Part shown: piece after piece, positions 1-9,745 of the stretch
Position numbering within the stretch: position 1 is the stretch's first letter
Layout of the letters: each line of letters starts with the position of its first letter
Source of the DNA: an uncultured virus (IMG/VR IMGVR_UViG_3300034198_008248)
Taxonomy: Duplodnaviria; Heunggongvirae; Uroviricota; Caudoviricetes
Strand: one strand, 5' to 3'
IMG/VR virus record: IMGVR_UViG_3300034198_008248
Span: 62,001 to 124,257 of that record
DNA: 62,257 bases
The notes under the pieces: model-generated
Told to the model about the DNA's origin: nothing
Database searches by the model: none
What the model saw: only the letters and a program-made list of their open reading frames with translations
Translations under genes and position numbers: made by a program

Positions 1-2876
1 ATATCATCATCTATCTTTATCAATTCTTTCTGCAAATCAACTATTTTAGAAACCCACTCTGCACCATTTTCTGATTCCAAATAATTCTGTCTATATGTTT
101 GAATAATTTCAGCTATCTTTTTCTTCAATTCCACTTTTTCAAAAAGTTCTTGATCTTTCCCATCAGCTAACATATACTTGATATTGACATTTTGCACAGT
201 ATTGATTCTAAAAATTCTACCCTCACTTTGTTCTATCGATTCTGGGGTCCAATCAAAATCATTGATTAACATATTAGCAAAAGTATTCGGAAATGAAATA
301 CCAGTCCCACCCATTTTCATACTCATTATCAGAACCTTCGAATCCTTATGTTCCATATTTTTCTTAACATTAATTATTTGATCTTTTGGTGTTCCGCTCA
401 AATATGTGTAAACTTTCCATTTTGGATTTATATTTTGCAATTTTTCCGATAATTGTGTATATAATGACTTCCCTGACTGAGCAAAATTTGTAAATATTAG
501 AACTTTAGATTTTGCATAGTTGTGTGTTGAATCGTTTTGGTTTTCTGTTATAATTTTGATTGTTTCATTCACGGTATCCTGCACCTTGAGTTGAGCAATA
601 CTCTCTCTAAATGCTATAAGTTTAGATATTTCCAAATCTTCGTCTTTGTACGATTTTAATTTGTGGTCTACCATGATTTTTAAAAGGTCTTTATTTATAG
701 GATTTGATTTTTTTTCGATATTGGCATCAGGCATTTTTTCTCCTTTGGCCGCTCTCATATCCTTTTTACTATGTCTGATATAAACACCCGTTAAGGATAA
801 CCACCGATGTAAATTTTCGGCTGCTTCCAACTGTTGCTCTATGGTTCCGTTCACATACGCCTTTGTCGCGCCACCATAATTTTGTCCGTAATCATTGTCT
901 AAATCATCCTCGTCGTTATAAACCTTTTTAGATGGTTTTCGTCTTATATCTTTAAGAACCATACCACAAAATTCTTTTTTGAATTTTCCAATCGATATAT
1001 TACCCAATGGATGACCCAATAATCTTAGTTGATTTCTAACATTTATAGGTTCGTTAGATGATAATGTTGCTGTAGCTCCCCACCTTATGGGTATATTTTT
1101 GGATATCTTTTCTATGTTTGCCGATGTTATAACTACTTTACTTCCTCGTTTTTCGTGTTTGACTCTGTGCAATTCGTCTAGAATAAGAACTTTAAATTTT
1201 GTAAATAATAATTTATCTATGACATTTTCTAAATTATTTCCACTTGAAAAATTGGGATATCTAAGAATCGTCCATCGTTTTGGGTTCATTGGATCTGTCG
1301 ATATTTCTGATCTCGCCTCTTCTCCCAAAACATCTATTATTTCTTGCACTATTTGTTTTTGAACAGCTTTCAAAGTGACGATCAATACATTTTCTTTCTT
1401 TTCTCTGGTCAATAAATCAGCAGCATATATAAATTGTATAGTTTTCCCGGCTCCTGTTTCGGAGCCTAGAATAGCATACTTTCTAGATGTTAAAAATTTA
1501 ACACCTTCTTTTTGTAAATCGTATAGTTCAAATTTACTATTGGGATAATTCTCATTTAATTTATTATCTATAATATTTTTAAATTGGGGATTCAATTCTC
1601 CTTCAGCCTTTTCTGAATCATCTATTACACCAATCTTAATCTTTTCCTTTATTATTTTTTCTAATTCCTTTATATCAAATTCAAATCTTTCCATTATATC
1701 TTTAAACATCATTAACTGCTTATAATCCGCTGATACTTCGTATCGATATAATGTAGAATTCCAAGAATAATCATAAAATATATACTGTATTAAATTTTTC
1801 AAAAATTCCTTCGATTCAATTGGTTGATTTCTTACATACGATAATCCAATTTTATCGGACTCTAAATTCGTAAATATTAATCCTTTTTCGGATTCATTTT
1901 TTATCGGTTCTTCAACATCGGAATATAATGAATCTAATTCAGATGTGTTTAAACCGTATTTATCAAATAAAGATTTGAGTATTTTATACTCACTTGGGCT
2001 GCTGGATATTAAATGATTTTTGGTATTGAAATCGAAAGCCATCAATTTTGGTGTATATCCCCTAGACTTAGCATCTTGATACACACCATAAGATTTTGAT
2101 TGTGGTAATTCTATTTGATGCTTTTTACCATATGGGGTGTTTATAGTTTTTACAAATTTGATTGATAATTCTGATGATTTAGTTTCTTTGTTATTTGTTA
2201 TAGGATTTTCTTCACTCGATGTTGTATTTCCAATCTCTTCGACTGTTACATTAGGAAAAACTAAAGCATTTATCAACTTAGCCAATTCTAATTTCACATA
2301 GAATTGTTTATCTCCTAAAGATTCTTTGTTTTTACTGAAAAATTTAAATCTTGGGTAATCGTAATTACCGTAATTATCTGATTCCTTCGGTGTATTATTT
2401 TGAGAAAAGTATATATTTTGGGCTTGTTTTATTTGTTTAGATAAATTAGATCTTGGTGATATATCATCTGGATAAGTAACTAAAACCTTTCCGTATGATG
2501 TCTTGGTATGATCAATTATGATTTTCCTAGTTTCAGACTCAACCTCCTTCACTCTATCCTTCAACAAATCTTTCACAGATATCTCCAGTTGGTCATAATT
2601 TCTAACTTGTGTGTTTTTATAATTTCTGAGTATTCTCATCATTCTGTACAATATTTGTACAGTTACGGCATCGTCTTCTTGATCAAAATAAGGTAAAATA
2701 TATGTTCTCGAATTGATTTTATCTGTCTGATTCATACCGATATCGTTCTTTTCTGTCACATCATCGGTATAATATAGATTCGTGAATATATCCTTGACTC
2801 TTTTAACTATATTACCAGAAACGATATCAGATGCATTGTTTTCGGTTAACAACATTAGTATCTTTTTAACTATCAT
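1..2876 (-). CDS. SNF2/SWI2-like superfamily 2 helicase (3' end runs off the window; absent from the ORF track)
   Basis: Minus-strand frame from ATG 2876 (MIVKKILMLLTEN...). Segments translated by hand give LYDLQKEGVKFL..ILGSETGAGKT, VLILDELH, WGATATLSSNEP, GGTGISFP and DFDWTPESIEQSEGRIFR; start, Walker A and the segment at position 1 were checked to share one frame. TAAATA-N5-ATG upstream. Confidence 0.85.
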   Translation of the reverse strand, partial: MIVKKILMLLTENNASDIVSGNIVKRVKDIFTNLYYTDDVTEKNDIGMNQTDKINSRTYILPYFDQEDDAVTVQILYRMMRILRNYKNTQVRNYDQLEISVKDLLKDRVKEVESETRKIIIDHTKTSYGKVLVTYPDDISPRSNLSKQIKQAQNIYFSQNNTPKESDNYGNYDYPRFKFFSKNKESLGDKQFYVKLELAKLINALVFPNVTVEEIGNTTSSEENPITNNKETKSSELSIKFVKTINTPYGKKHQIELPQSKSYGVYQDAKSRGYTPKLMAFDFNTKNHLISSSPSEYKILKSLFDKYGLNTSELDSLYSDVEEPIKNESEKGLIFTNLESDKIGLSYVRNQPIESKEFLKNLIQYIFYDYSWNSTLYRYEVSADYKQLMMFKDIMERFEFDIKELEKIIKEKIKIGVIDDSEKAEGELNPQFKNIIDNKLNENYPNSKFELYDLQKEGVKFLTSRKYAILGSETGAGKTIQFIYAADLLTREKKENVLIVTLKAVQKQIVQEIIDVLGEEARSEISTDPMNPKRWTILRYPNFSSGNNLENVIDKLLFTKFKVLILDELHRVKHEKRGSKVVITSANIEKISKNIPIRWGATATLSSNEPINVRNQLRLLGHPLGNISIGKFKKEFCGMVLKDIRRKPSKKVYNDEDDLDNDYGQNYGGATKAYVNGTIEQQLEAAENLHRWLSLTGVYIRHSKKDMRAAKGEKMPDANIEKKSNPINKDLLKIMVDHKLKSYKDEDLEISKLIAFRESIAQLKVQDTVNETIKIITENQNDSTHNYAKSKVLIFTNFAQSGKSLYTQLSEKLQNINPKWKVYTYLSGTPKDQIINVKKNMEHKDSKVLIMSMKMGGTGISFPNTFANMLINDFDWTPESIEQSEGRIFRINTVQNVNIKYMLADGKDQELFEKVELKKKIAEIIQTYRQNYLESENGAEWVSKIVDLQKELIKIDDD

Positions 2877-2881
2877 AATCT

Positions 2882-2887
2882 TATTTA
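2882..2887 (-). promoter_or_regulatory. T4-like late promoter core (CTAAATA) 5 nt upstream of the helicase ATG
   Basis: gacTAAATAagattATG on the minus strand; the same layout recurs at 16 genes. Confidence 0.7.
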
Positions 2888-2968
2888 GTCCTTTATTTAT
2901 CATATCGGATATATTTCTACGCTCTTGATTTGAGCCATTTTGGAGACTAAATAATCGAACGAAACGAG

Positions 2969-2997
2969 TTGACTTTGAGAGGAAGATGGTTTAGAAT
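2969..2997 (+). promoter_or_regulatory. sigma70-type promoter for nrdJ
   Basis: TTGACT-17 nt-TAGAAT; an additional CTAAATA lies just upstream at ~2947-2953. Confidence 0.65.
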
Positions 2998-3031
2998 CAA
3001 GCAAAGTTTACACGAACATTTATATAAAATT

Positions 3032-5332
3032 ATGAGCATTAAAGCACTATCAGATTATACATTTTATTCTCGTTATGCGAGATACAACAAAGACAAAAAA
3101 AGAAGAGAAACATGGGAAGAAGCAGTGGGTAGGGTCTTTGAAATGCATAGGAAAAAATATGCGAAACAAATAGAAGAACATCCAGAATTGGAAGAATTAC
3201 TACAATTCGCACAATCCATGCAAAACAAAAAGAGGGTGTTGGCGGCACAGAGAACTCTACAATTTGCTGGCGATCCTATTGTTAAACATGAATTGAAAGT
3301 TTATAATTGTCTATTTACACACATTGATAGAAGTAGAGTATTTCAAGAAATTATGTATTCTCTCCTATGTGGTTGCGGAGTCGGGTTTTCGGTTCAAAAG
3401 CAACATGTATCACAATTACCTAAATTTAATTACCGTAGAGAAGGTGCTGTAAAGACAAAATATATTATTGAAGATTCTATCGAAGGTTGGGCTGATGCTG
3501 TAGGAGTATTGATCGAATCTTATTTAGAAACTCCAAATAGTGAATATAGTGGTGCTTGGATAGATTTCGATTTTTCAAAAATTAGAGAAGAGGGGGCGTT
3601 GATTGCTGGACAATTTAAAGCTCCGGGTCCAGAAGGATTAAAAGCATCTTTGATTAAAGTAGAACGAGTATTAAAGGAGAGATTACACAATTCGGGAACA
3701 GGAGAATTTGTAGGAAAACTTCGCCCCATTGATGCTTATGATATCATCATGCATATCTCTGATGCTGTTTTATCAGGAGGTGTTCGACGTTCTGCTACTC
3801 TTTGCTTATTTTCACACGATGATGACGAAATGCTAAACGCCAAGATTGGTGATTGGTTTATTACTAATCCTCAACGTGGACGTTCCAATAACAGTGCTGC
3901 ACTTTTAAAGGGTCATGTAACTCGCGCAGAATTTGCTAAACTAATGAAATCTACAAAAGAATTCGGAGAACCCGGATTTATTTGGATGGATGATTTAGAT
4001 ATTGGTTACAACCCATGTGTTGAAATTGGTATGTATCCTAAAACTAGAGATGGTCGTAGTGGATTTCAAGGATGTAATCTAACTGAGATTAATGGTAAAT
4101 GGTGTGATAGTAAAGAAAACTTTTTAAAGGCTTGTGAAGCATCAGCGATTATAGGAACTCTCCAAGCTGGTTATACTAATTTCAAGTATCTTTCTAAAGA
4201 ATCGCAAGAAATTTTCGAAGAAGAAGCATTACTCGGATGCTCCATTACTGGTATGATGGACAATCCAGATATTCTTTTTAATGAAGAAATACAACAAGCT
4301 GGGGTTAAGTTCATTCTAGAAACAAATGAGAAGGTCGCTAAACTACTCGGTATTAAACCTTGCGCTAGATCTGGGTGCATTAAACCTGCGGGTAGCACTA
4401 GTTGTGTTCTTGGAACTGCGTCTGGTATTCATCCACATCACGCTAAAAGATATATTCGTAGAGTCCAAGCAAACAAGACAGAATTTTCTTTACAAGAAAC
4501 CGAAAAAAGAAATCCTGCTGCTGTCGAGGAATCTGTATGGTCTTCTAACAAAACAGATAAAGTTATTTCATTTTTATGCGAAGTTCCTCCGGGAGCTATT
4601 GTAAAAAACCAACTAAAAGCTGTGGATCTTTTAGAAAAGGTTAAGTTGACTCAGCAAAATTGGGTAGATTATGGAACAGTTGTCGAGCGTTGTGTCAATC
4701 CTAAAACTAGACATAATGTATCTAATACCATTACAGTAAAATCAGATGAATGGGATGATGTTGAGAATTTCATATTTGATAATCAGCAATGGTTTGCTGG
4801 TATTTCGTTGTTATCCTCTTCGGGTGATCTGGACTATGCTCAAGCACCATTCGCTACGGTATTAACTCCATTAGAACTTGTTAAGGAGTATGGTGATGCG
4901 TCTGTATTTGCATCAGGATTAATTGTAGATGGTCTTGCCGCTTTTAATAATAATTTATGGAGAGCTTGTGACACTGTATTGGGATATGGTGAGAATTTAA
5001 CACTTAGCCCCGGAGAACCAATTTATCCATCTACTAGAAATTATTCAGATTTAGCTTCGTATTTCATTAGAAAAGAAGCATATGAGAAATATAACAATAA
5101 AATTGATTGGATTCGTAGAGTTAAACAATTCGGTGATAGATATTTTGACGGTGACATCAAACGAGCAACATATTGCATGAAGCATGTATCATTATGGAAA
5201 ACGTGGTGTGATCTTAAACGTGAATATGTAGAATTAGATTGGACTCAGGTTGTTGAGGATCACGAAACACATATTAATGCTGATACAATGGGAGCACAAG
5301 CCTGTAGTGGTGGCTCATGTGAGCTTGTATGA
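3032..5332 (+). CDS. nrdJ: Class II (adenosylcobalamin-dependent) ribonucleotide reductase
   Basis: RYAR..RRETWEE, YNC, GCGVGFSV, IEDSIEGW, GGVRRSA, catalytic YNPCVEI, IKPAGS, C-terminal ACSGGSC; start moved to ATG 3032 (MSIKALS). Confidence 0.9.
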   Translation: MSIKALSDYTFYSRYARYNKDKKRRETWEEAVGRVFEMHRKKYAKQIEEHPELEELLQFAQSMQNKKRVLAAQRTLQFAGDPIVKHELKVYNCLFTHIDRSRVFQEIMYSLLCGCGVGFSVQKQHVSQLPKFNYRREGAVKTKYIIEDSIEGWADAVGVLIESYLETPNSEYSGAWIDFDFSKIREEGALIAGQFKAPGPEGLKASLIKVERVLKERLHNSGTGEFVGKLRPIDAYDIIMHISDAVLSGGVRRSATLCLFSHDDDEMLNAKIGDWFITNPQRGRSNNSAALLKGHVTRAEFAKLMKSTKEFGEPGFIWMDDLDIGYNPCVEIGMYPKTRDGRSGFQGCNLTEINGKWCDSKENFLKACEASAIIGTLQAGYTNFKYLSKESQEIFEEEALLGCSITGMMDNPDILFNEEIQQAGVKFILETNEKVAKLLGIKPCARSGCIKPAGSTSCVLGTASGIHPHHAKRYIRRVQANKTEFSLQETEKRNPAAVEESVWSSNKTDKVISFLCEVPPGAIVKNQLKAVDLLEKVKLTQQNWVDYGTVVERCVNPKTRHNVSNTITVKSDEWDDVENFIFDNQQWFAGISLLSSSGDLDYAQAPFATVLTPLELVKEYGDASVFASGLIVDGLAAFNNNLWRACDTVLGYGENLTLSPGEPIYPSTRNYSDLASYFIRKEAYEKYNNKIDWIRRVKQFGDRYFDGDIKRATYCMKHVSLWKTWCDLKREYVELDWTQVVEDHETHINADTMGAQACSGGSCELV

Positions 5333-5526
5333 TCACAAAATGTATATGTTATAATATAACATTCAGGGATATATTGATTGATAATATGTCTCTGAATAAC
5401 ATATGCAATAAATGTAGGATGTGTAATCCTTATATACAAGAAGCTATAAAAACCGGAATCACCGAATTCCCTATTGACTATTTTAAAAATTATGATAAAT
5501 CTAAAAGAGATGAGATGGAAAGCTAA
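5329..5526 (+). CDS. BFD-like [2Fe-2S] ferredoxin
   Basis: CxC...CxxC pattern (KCICYNIT...CNKCRMC); ATGA overlap with nrdJ. Confidence 0.6.
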   Translation: MITKCICYNITFRDILIDNMSLNNICNKCRMCNPYIQEAIKTGITEFPIDYFKNYDKSKRDEMES

Positions 5527-6163
5527 GAGACATCGTATGTCGGATGAAGAGGAAGAAGAAAAGGATTCGAAGACAATTACTGGATTTCCCTTATTTATAA
5601 ATTCGCAGGAAGCTCAACAACCATCTTGTGGTATAAGAGTCGTAGAAAATAAACTATTTTTCTATGGTGAAATAGATGAACAATCTTGCCTAGAATTAAA
5701 CCGTGTCTTGGTGGAATTGGATACAAAATTACAAAACCTAAAAAACACTCTAGGTGATGAGTATCTACCAGTCATTCATTTACATATCAATACACCGGGA
5801 GGTGAGATTTATGCAGCATTCTCTACAGTTGACACAATTCTAAATCTAAAATCAGATGTATATACTTATGCTGATGGTTTAGTAGCATCCGCTGGAACTC
5901 TAATATCATCGGTGGGCAAAAAAAGATATTGTGGAAGACACGCACATATGCTAATTCATCAATTATCAAGTGAAATTTATGGAACCTTTGCAGAGCTGCA
6001 AGCAGGTATGGATTCAGCAACAATGCTAATGAGGCTCCTAAAAGACTTCTATAAGAAGAATACAAAAATTCCCATGAAGAAATTGGATGAGTTGATGACT
6101 AAAGATATCTATCTTACTTCAGAAGAATGCGTTTCTTACGGTATTGTGGATTCTATTAAATAG
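5510..6163 (+). CDS. clpP: ClpP-like protease subunit
   Basis: FYGEID, INTPGG, catalytic ASAG/MLIHQ/DIYLT, YGIVD; start uncertain (5510 chosen, downstream of a TTGACT..TAAATC promoter). Confidence 0.85.
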   Translation: MRWKAKRHRMSDEEEEEKDSKTITGFPLFINSQEAQQPSCGIRVVENKLFFYGEIDEQSCLELNRVLVELDTKLQNLKNTLGDEYLPVIHLHINTPGGEIYAAFSTVDTILNLKSDVYTYADGLVASAGTLISSVGKKRYCGRHAHMLIHQLSSEIYGTFAELQAGMDSATMLMRLLKDFYKKNTKIPMKKLDELMTKDIYLTSEECVSYGIVDSIK

Positions 6164-6164
6164 T

Positions 6165-7751
6165 TTACACTAACTTTTGAGCTAACTTTCTCTCGTGTAT
6201 TTGAGGTAAAGATTGAACCGTTGTTCCATGAGAATTCATACCCTCTTTATGAGCGAATTCTCTCACCATTTCATTACTGGTAGTTAACCTCATAGGTATA
6301 CCGTGATGATGGTGACTGTGGGGATAATTCAAAATAAGATCGTCGTCAGCTAAGGCATATGATGGATACCATTGACCACCTATCAATGTCTCACTGATTA
6401 CTAATCTTCTATTAGCATCTGTAGCGAATTTACCCAATACAGTTGTGTCTTGGGTCTGATGAACCTCTAAAGGTGCTGTTATATGCTGACAATACAATTC
6501 TCCTTCTACATATTGACCACCACCAACGATCAAATTTTTATTAATTCCTAATGATGACTCAACATATACCTGACGGTTTGTTCTCAACACAATCGTTTTT
6601 AAGGATTGTAATTCCAATCCATTCTCAGAAGATATCTGAACTCCATGAGAAGCGTTTATATTTATTTTTTTGAATCCTGCCTTTAAAGTAGCACCACCCA
6701 ATTCCATAGGTCCAGTAGTTTTTAAATTGATACCACCAGAGCCAACCGTTCTAGCGATTCTATTCCCTACTACTTTATCGTCATTCCCACATGGAAAATT
6801 AGAACTGTTATCTATCTCCTCTACATGAGGAACATAATCGTGATTTTTATAAGCACCAATTGTAGATATTAACATCTCTAGTGGTTGACTCCTACCCTTT
6901 TCATCTATTCTTATAGATGGATAATCGTTTATGGTCGCTCCGATTTGTTCATATCTATGACGTTTAATAAAATTAATATCATCTCCACCATTACCCATTT
7001 TAGATTCTATTGGAGTTAATTTATCTTGAATATCTAAAATATCCTTATCAAGACTAATAGAATTCAATGTCCATGTTCCACCTTCAGTCGATGAAGATAC
7101 AGAACCACCAAACTCGACAACACCGGGAGCATTTGATCCAGATATACCAGCGGATTTTTCTATAAGTTTAGAATCTAACTTTCTATTTGTAGCTGGTTTG
7201 GTTTTTTTATAATCTAAGACTCTGGAGAATTCAACCACTTCATCCTTATCACTTTTCCTTATAGGAATACCCTTATATCCAGTGAATGTGTTAGAAACCG
7301 ATAGAATATCATTACCAAGGGTTGGATTTTTTGATTTTTCTCCATTTAGATTTGTAGTTGTTCCATTAGGAATACTATATCCACCTCTGGTGGTTTTAAA
7401 TTCGGAATTCTTTAGTGCTATTTCTCTATAAGTATTTTTCCAATCTTCAAATGCTTGAATTTGAGACTCATTAGTAAATCCTTTTAAAGTATAAGAATTT
7501 TCTCCAACTCTATTTGTCGAAACCTTATTGGTATAAACTGTTTTATCACCACCAGAAGTTTCAAAAATATCATTTACTACATTAGTCTGTTTATTATTTG
7601 TAGCTAATTCCGAGTTTACGACATTGGTAAAATTTATATTAGATCCAGATCTATGAGATAATTTTATCTTCTCTTGTTCAGTGGTGTTATCGATATCTAA
7701 AGATCCACCACGTTGATTCAAGATTGTTTTGTTCCTATATATAAGAGACAT
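6165..7751 (-). CDS. gp5-like baseplate hub/central spike, C-terminal part
   Basis: Follows the gp5 OB-fold gene; HRSGS motif, beta-rich repeats, C-terminal HSHHHH apex-like motif; own TAAATA-N5-ATG puts the start at 7751. Confidence 0.6.
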   Translation of the reverse strand: MSLIYRNKTILNQRGGSLDIDNTTEQEKIKLSHRSGSNINFTNVVNSELATNNKQTNVVNDIFETSGGDKTVYTNKVSTNRVGENSYTLKGFTNESQIQAFEDWKNTYREIALKNSEFKTTRGGYSIPNGTTTNLNGEKSKNPTLGNDILSVSNTFTGYKGIPIRKSDKDEVVEFSRVLDYKKTKPATNRKLDSKLIEKSAGISGSNAPGVVEFGGSVSSSTEGGTWTLNSISLDKDILDIQDKLTPIESKMGNGGDDINFIKRHRYEQIGATINDYPSIRIDEKGRSQPLEMLISTIGAYKNHDYVPHVEEIDNSSNFPCGNDDKVVGNRIARTVGSGGINLKTTGPMELGGATLKAGFKKININASHGVQISSENGLELQSLKTIVLRTNRQVYVESSLGINKNLIVGGGQYVEGELYCQHITAPLEVHQTQDTTVLGKFATDANRRLVISETLIGGQWYPSYALADDDLILNYPHSHHHHGIPMRLTTSNEMVREFAHKEGMNSHGTTVQSLPQIHERKLAQKLV

Positions 7752-7767
7752 ATTAGTATTTAAGATA

Positions 7768-8505
7768 TCAACTGTCAAAGTCTATGGATTTCTTGACTCC
7801 TAGGATATTCATATTATCTGTATCATCGATAAGAGATAATTCTCTATAATCATGATATTTACCGAAATAAACAGGATAATTAGAATCTCCTTCGTAATGA
7901 AATACCCAAACCTTTGACCCAACTTCTGGGATTCCAAACAATCCTTTGCCTTTGTTAACATGTTTAGAGGGTGCATACGAAAACGAATATGGATTACATT
8001 TACCAGATAAATTTGAAATTGGGTTCGAGAAAGCATCACCTAATCGGGTTCCAAAATTTTCATACAGAAAAGCTGGAGAAAATGAACCACTGGATAAAGT
8101 TGGTATTTCTGTAGTAGAAAATCCTTCCCCATAATTACAATCCGATATAACACATAGTTTACCGTCTTTATAAAATCTGAAATTATTAGATTCTCCAACT
8201 ATAGGTGAGCATTGTTCAGCCCATGGTATAGCTTGAGCTATCTTTTCAAAAATATCAACATCTGTCCAATCACCATTAGTCTCTTTATCATTCCATAATG
8301 TTTTTAAATTTTCACCAACACCTTTAACATGGATTTGATCATATTGCTCAAACCAAGAATCAAATGGTTGATTAGATAACTCGGGTATATAAACTTTGAC
8401 ACGATTCAACCCTAGAGGATCGTTTGTTTTTACTACAATTCCCCTATATGGTTTAATATCAACCCTTTTATACTCTTGACCACTACCACTACCTCTCACA
8501 AACAC
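7768..8505 (-). CDS. gp5: gp5-like baseplate hub, N-terminal OB-fold part
   Basis: YRGIVVKTNDPLGLNRVKVYIP and IPEVGSKVWVFHYEGDSNYPVYFG are Gp5/VgrG OB-fold signatures. Confidence 0.8.
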   Translation of the reverse strand: MFVRGSGSGQEYKRVDIKPYRGIVVKTNDPLGLNRVKVYIPELSNQPFDSWFEQYDQIHVKGVGENLKTLWNDKETNGDWTDVDIFEKIAQAIPWAEQCSPIVGESNNFRFYKDGKLCVISDCNYGEGFSTTEIPTLSSGSFSPAFLYENFGTRLGDAFSNPISNLSGKCNPYSFSYAPSKHVNKGKGLFGIPEVGSKVWVFHYEGDSNYPVYFGKYHDYRELSLIDDTDNMNILGVKKSIDFDS

Positions 8506-8600
8506 GGGTTTGGTGTTTCTATTGTTGAAGATTTATTAATGCGTCTTTTTAGTCTAGCTTGTCTCATTTTTCTTTAATTTCTTCTGATAATAGTATTTAA
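8496..8600 (-). pseudogene. Decayed NUMOD3-like endonuclease remnant with retained late promoter
   Basis: TAAATA-ctatt-ATC followed by SEEIKEK/(frameshift)/MRQARLKR, resembling the NUMOD3 repeats in 37326..38030. Confidence 0.4.
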
Positions 8601-8604
8601 TAAG

Positions 8605-8655
8605 AAAAACCTTTCAGAATTCCTCCCGAAAGGTTTTTAGCTATGATAACAAACA
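8605..8655. repeat. ~50-bp direct repeat copy 1, containing an intrinsic terminator hairpin
   Basis: aaaaacctttcagaattcctcccgaaaggtttttagctatgataacaaaca; near-identical to 9193-9242. Confidence 0.85.
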
Positions 8656-8664
8656 TCTATATCC

Positions 8665-9162
8665 TTATTTATAAGGAATGGTATTTTTTGGGAATCTTTT
8701 AGGAACGTAATCATCTTTATCCTTTTTTTTGAAGAATGGGAGGTACTGTAAATAGTAATTAAAAATGTTTGTATTTTTAAAATAATAAATCTGATACCAC
8801 GATTCCTTGTGTGGGGAATCGGTATAATTATCATCATATTTCAATCGTTCGATTTGTTGAATAATGGCTCTATTTTTTCTAGCGAATTTTTTCAAATCCG
8901 ATAGATTTTTAAAATAAAGACCGTATACATAATCTTCTACTTTCAAATGTTGTTTAAGTTTTCTATAATTTCTACAAAGCAACATAGACGTATCGATCTT
9001 GTGTCGAATTGGCAATGATAAATTCTTTTTAAATTCATCCAGTTTTTTTAGGCCCGCCACATTTTGTGTAAATAAATTGATCACATTCTGTTTATGTGAC
9101 TCGGGAATTTTTTGTAATTCTGCTTCGAATTTTTCAATTTCTTCTTTATACATATCACTCAT
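8665..9162 (-). CDS. Hypothetical protein in a repeat-bounded cassette
   Basis: ORF between the two direct repeats with TTGACA upstream; start uncertain (9162 or 9153). Confidence 0.65.
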   Translation of the reverse strand: MSDMYKEEIEKFEAELQKIPESHKQNVINLFTQNVAGLKKLDEFKKNLSLPIRHKIDTSMLLCRNYRKLKQHLKVEDYVYGLYFKNLSDLKKFARKNRAIIQQIERLKYDDNYTDSPHKESWYQIYYFKNTNIFNYYLQYLPFFKKKDKDDYVPKRFPKNTIPYK

Positions 9163-9192
9163 ATTTAATTTTATGACGTTCATTGTCAACAA

Positions 9193-9242
9193 AAAAACCT
9201 TTCAGAATTTCACCTGAAAGGTTTTAGCTATGATAACAAACA
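9193..9242. terminator. ~50-bp direct repeat copy 2; terminator for 9250..9699
   Basis: aaaacctttcag-aatttcac-ctgaaaggtttt hairpin with a U-tract on the minus strand. Confidence 0.8.
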
Positions 9243-9249
9243 ACGAGAA

Positions 9250-9699
9250 TTAATAACCCAATAGACGCTTACGACGAGAATCTTGTGTAGATACTTCATG
9301 AGTGGCTGATAGAGCAGATGTTGGAACAGTTGTGGTTGTAGATAACCAAGGAAATACTGTGTAATCACCGGGAGTCGTTTTAACCACAGCGAAATTTGAT
9401 GTTGTTAAATTAGCTGGGATATTAAAGACAGATCCAGCAACATTGACTGTGACCGATGGATAAGCTGTAAGATTGAATGTTGGTAGAGAACTGGTTGCAA
9501 TAGTGAGAGTAACTGGATTAAATGCAATACCAACGTCATCAGTCGATAGAGAAACAATACCCACATTTCTGGATGCAAATACTACACCAGCACCAGAAAG
9601 AAAAGATACGCCAGTAGCTGATAATGATGTTCCCACTAATGGTGGGAATCCTGTTTTAGCGGCAGATAAAAGATTTGTCTGAAAAATATAATTAGCCAT
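9250..9699 (-). CDS. Ser/Thr/Ala-rich putative virion (decoration) protein
   Basis: Own late promoter and terminator, beta-rich composition; function inferred only. Confidence 0.6.
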   Translation of the reverse strand: MANYIFQTNLLSAAKTGFPPLVGTSLSATGVSFLSGAGVVFASRNVGIVSLSTDDVGIAFNPVTLTIATSSLPTFNLTAYPSVTVNVAGSVFNIPANLTTSNFAVVKTTPGDYTVFPWLSTTTTVPTSALSATHEVSTQDSRRKRLLGY

Positions 9700-9745
9700 A
9701 TTATTATTTAGTCAAATTGGGAATATTTCACAATATATTAAATAG

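Noticed and set aside
178..2696. Plus-strand short ORFs (178, 1087, 2508)
   Set aside because: Antisense shadows of the long minus-strand helicase gene.
7751..7778. Stop-codon reassignment explaining the gp5 split
   Set aside because: A second in-frame stop follows, and the other core genes are intact in the standard code.
8605..9242. CRISPR array or IS ends
   Set aside because: Only two copies ~590 bp apart, each a terminator; no cas or transposase gene.
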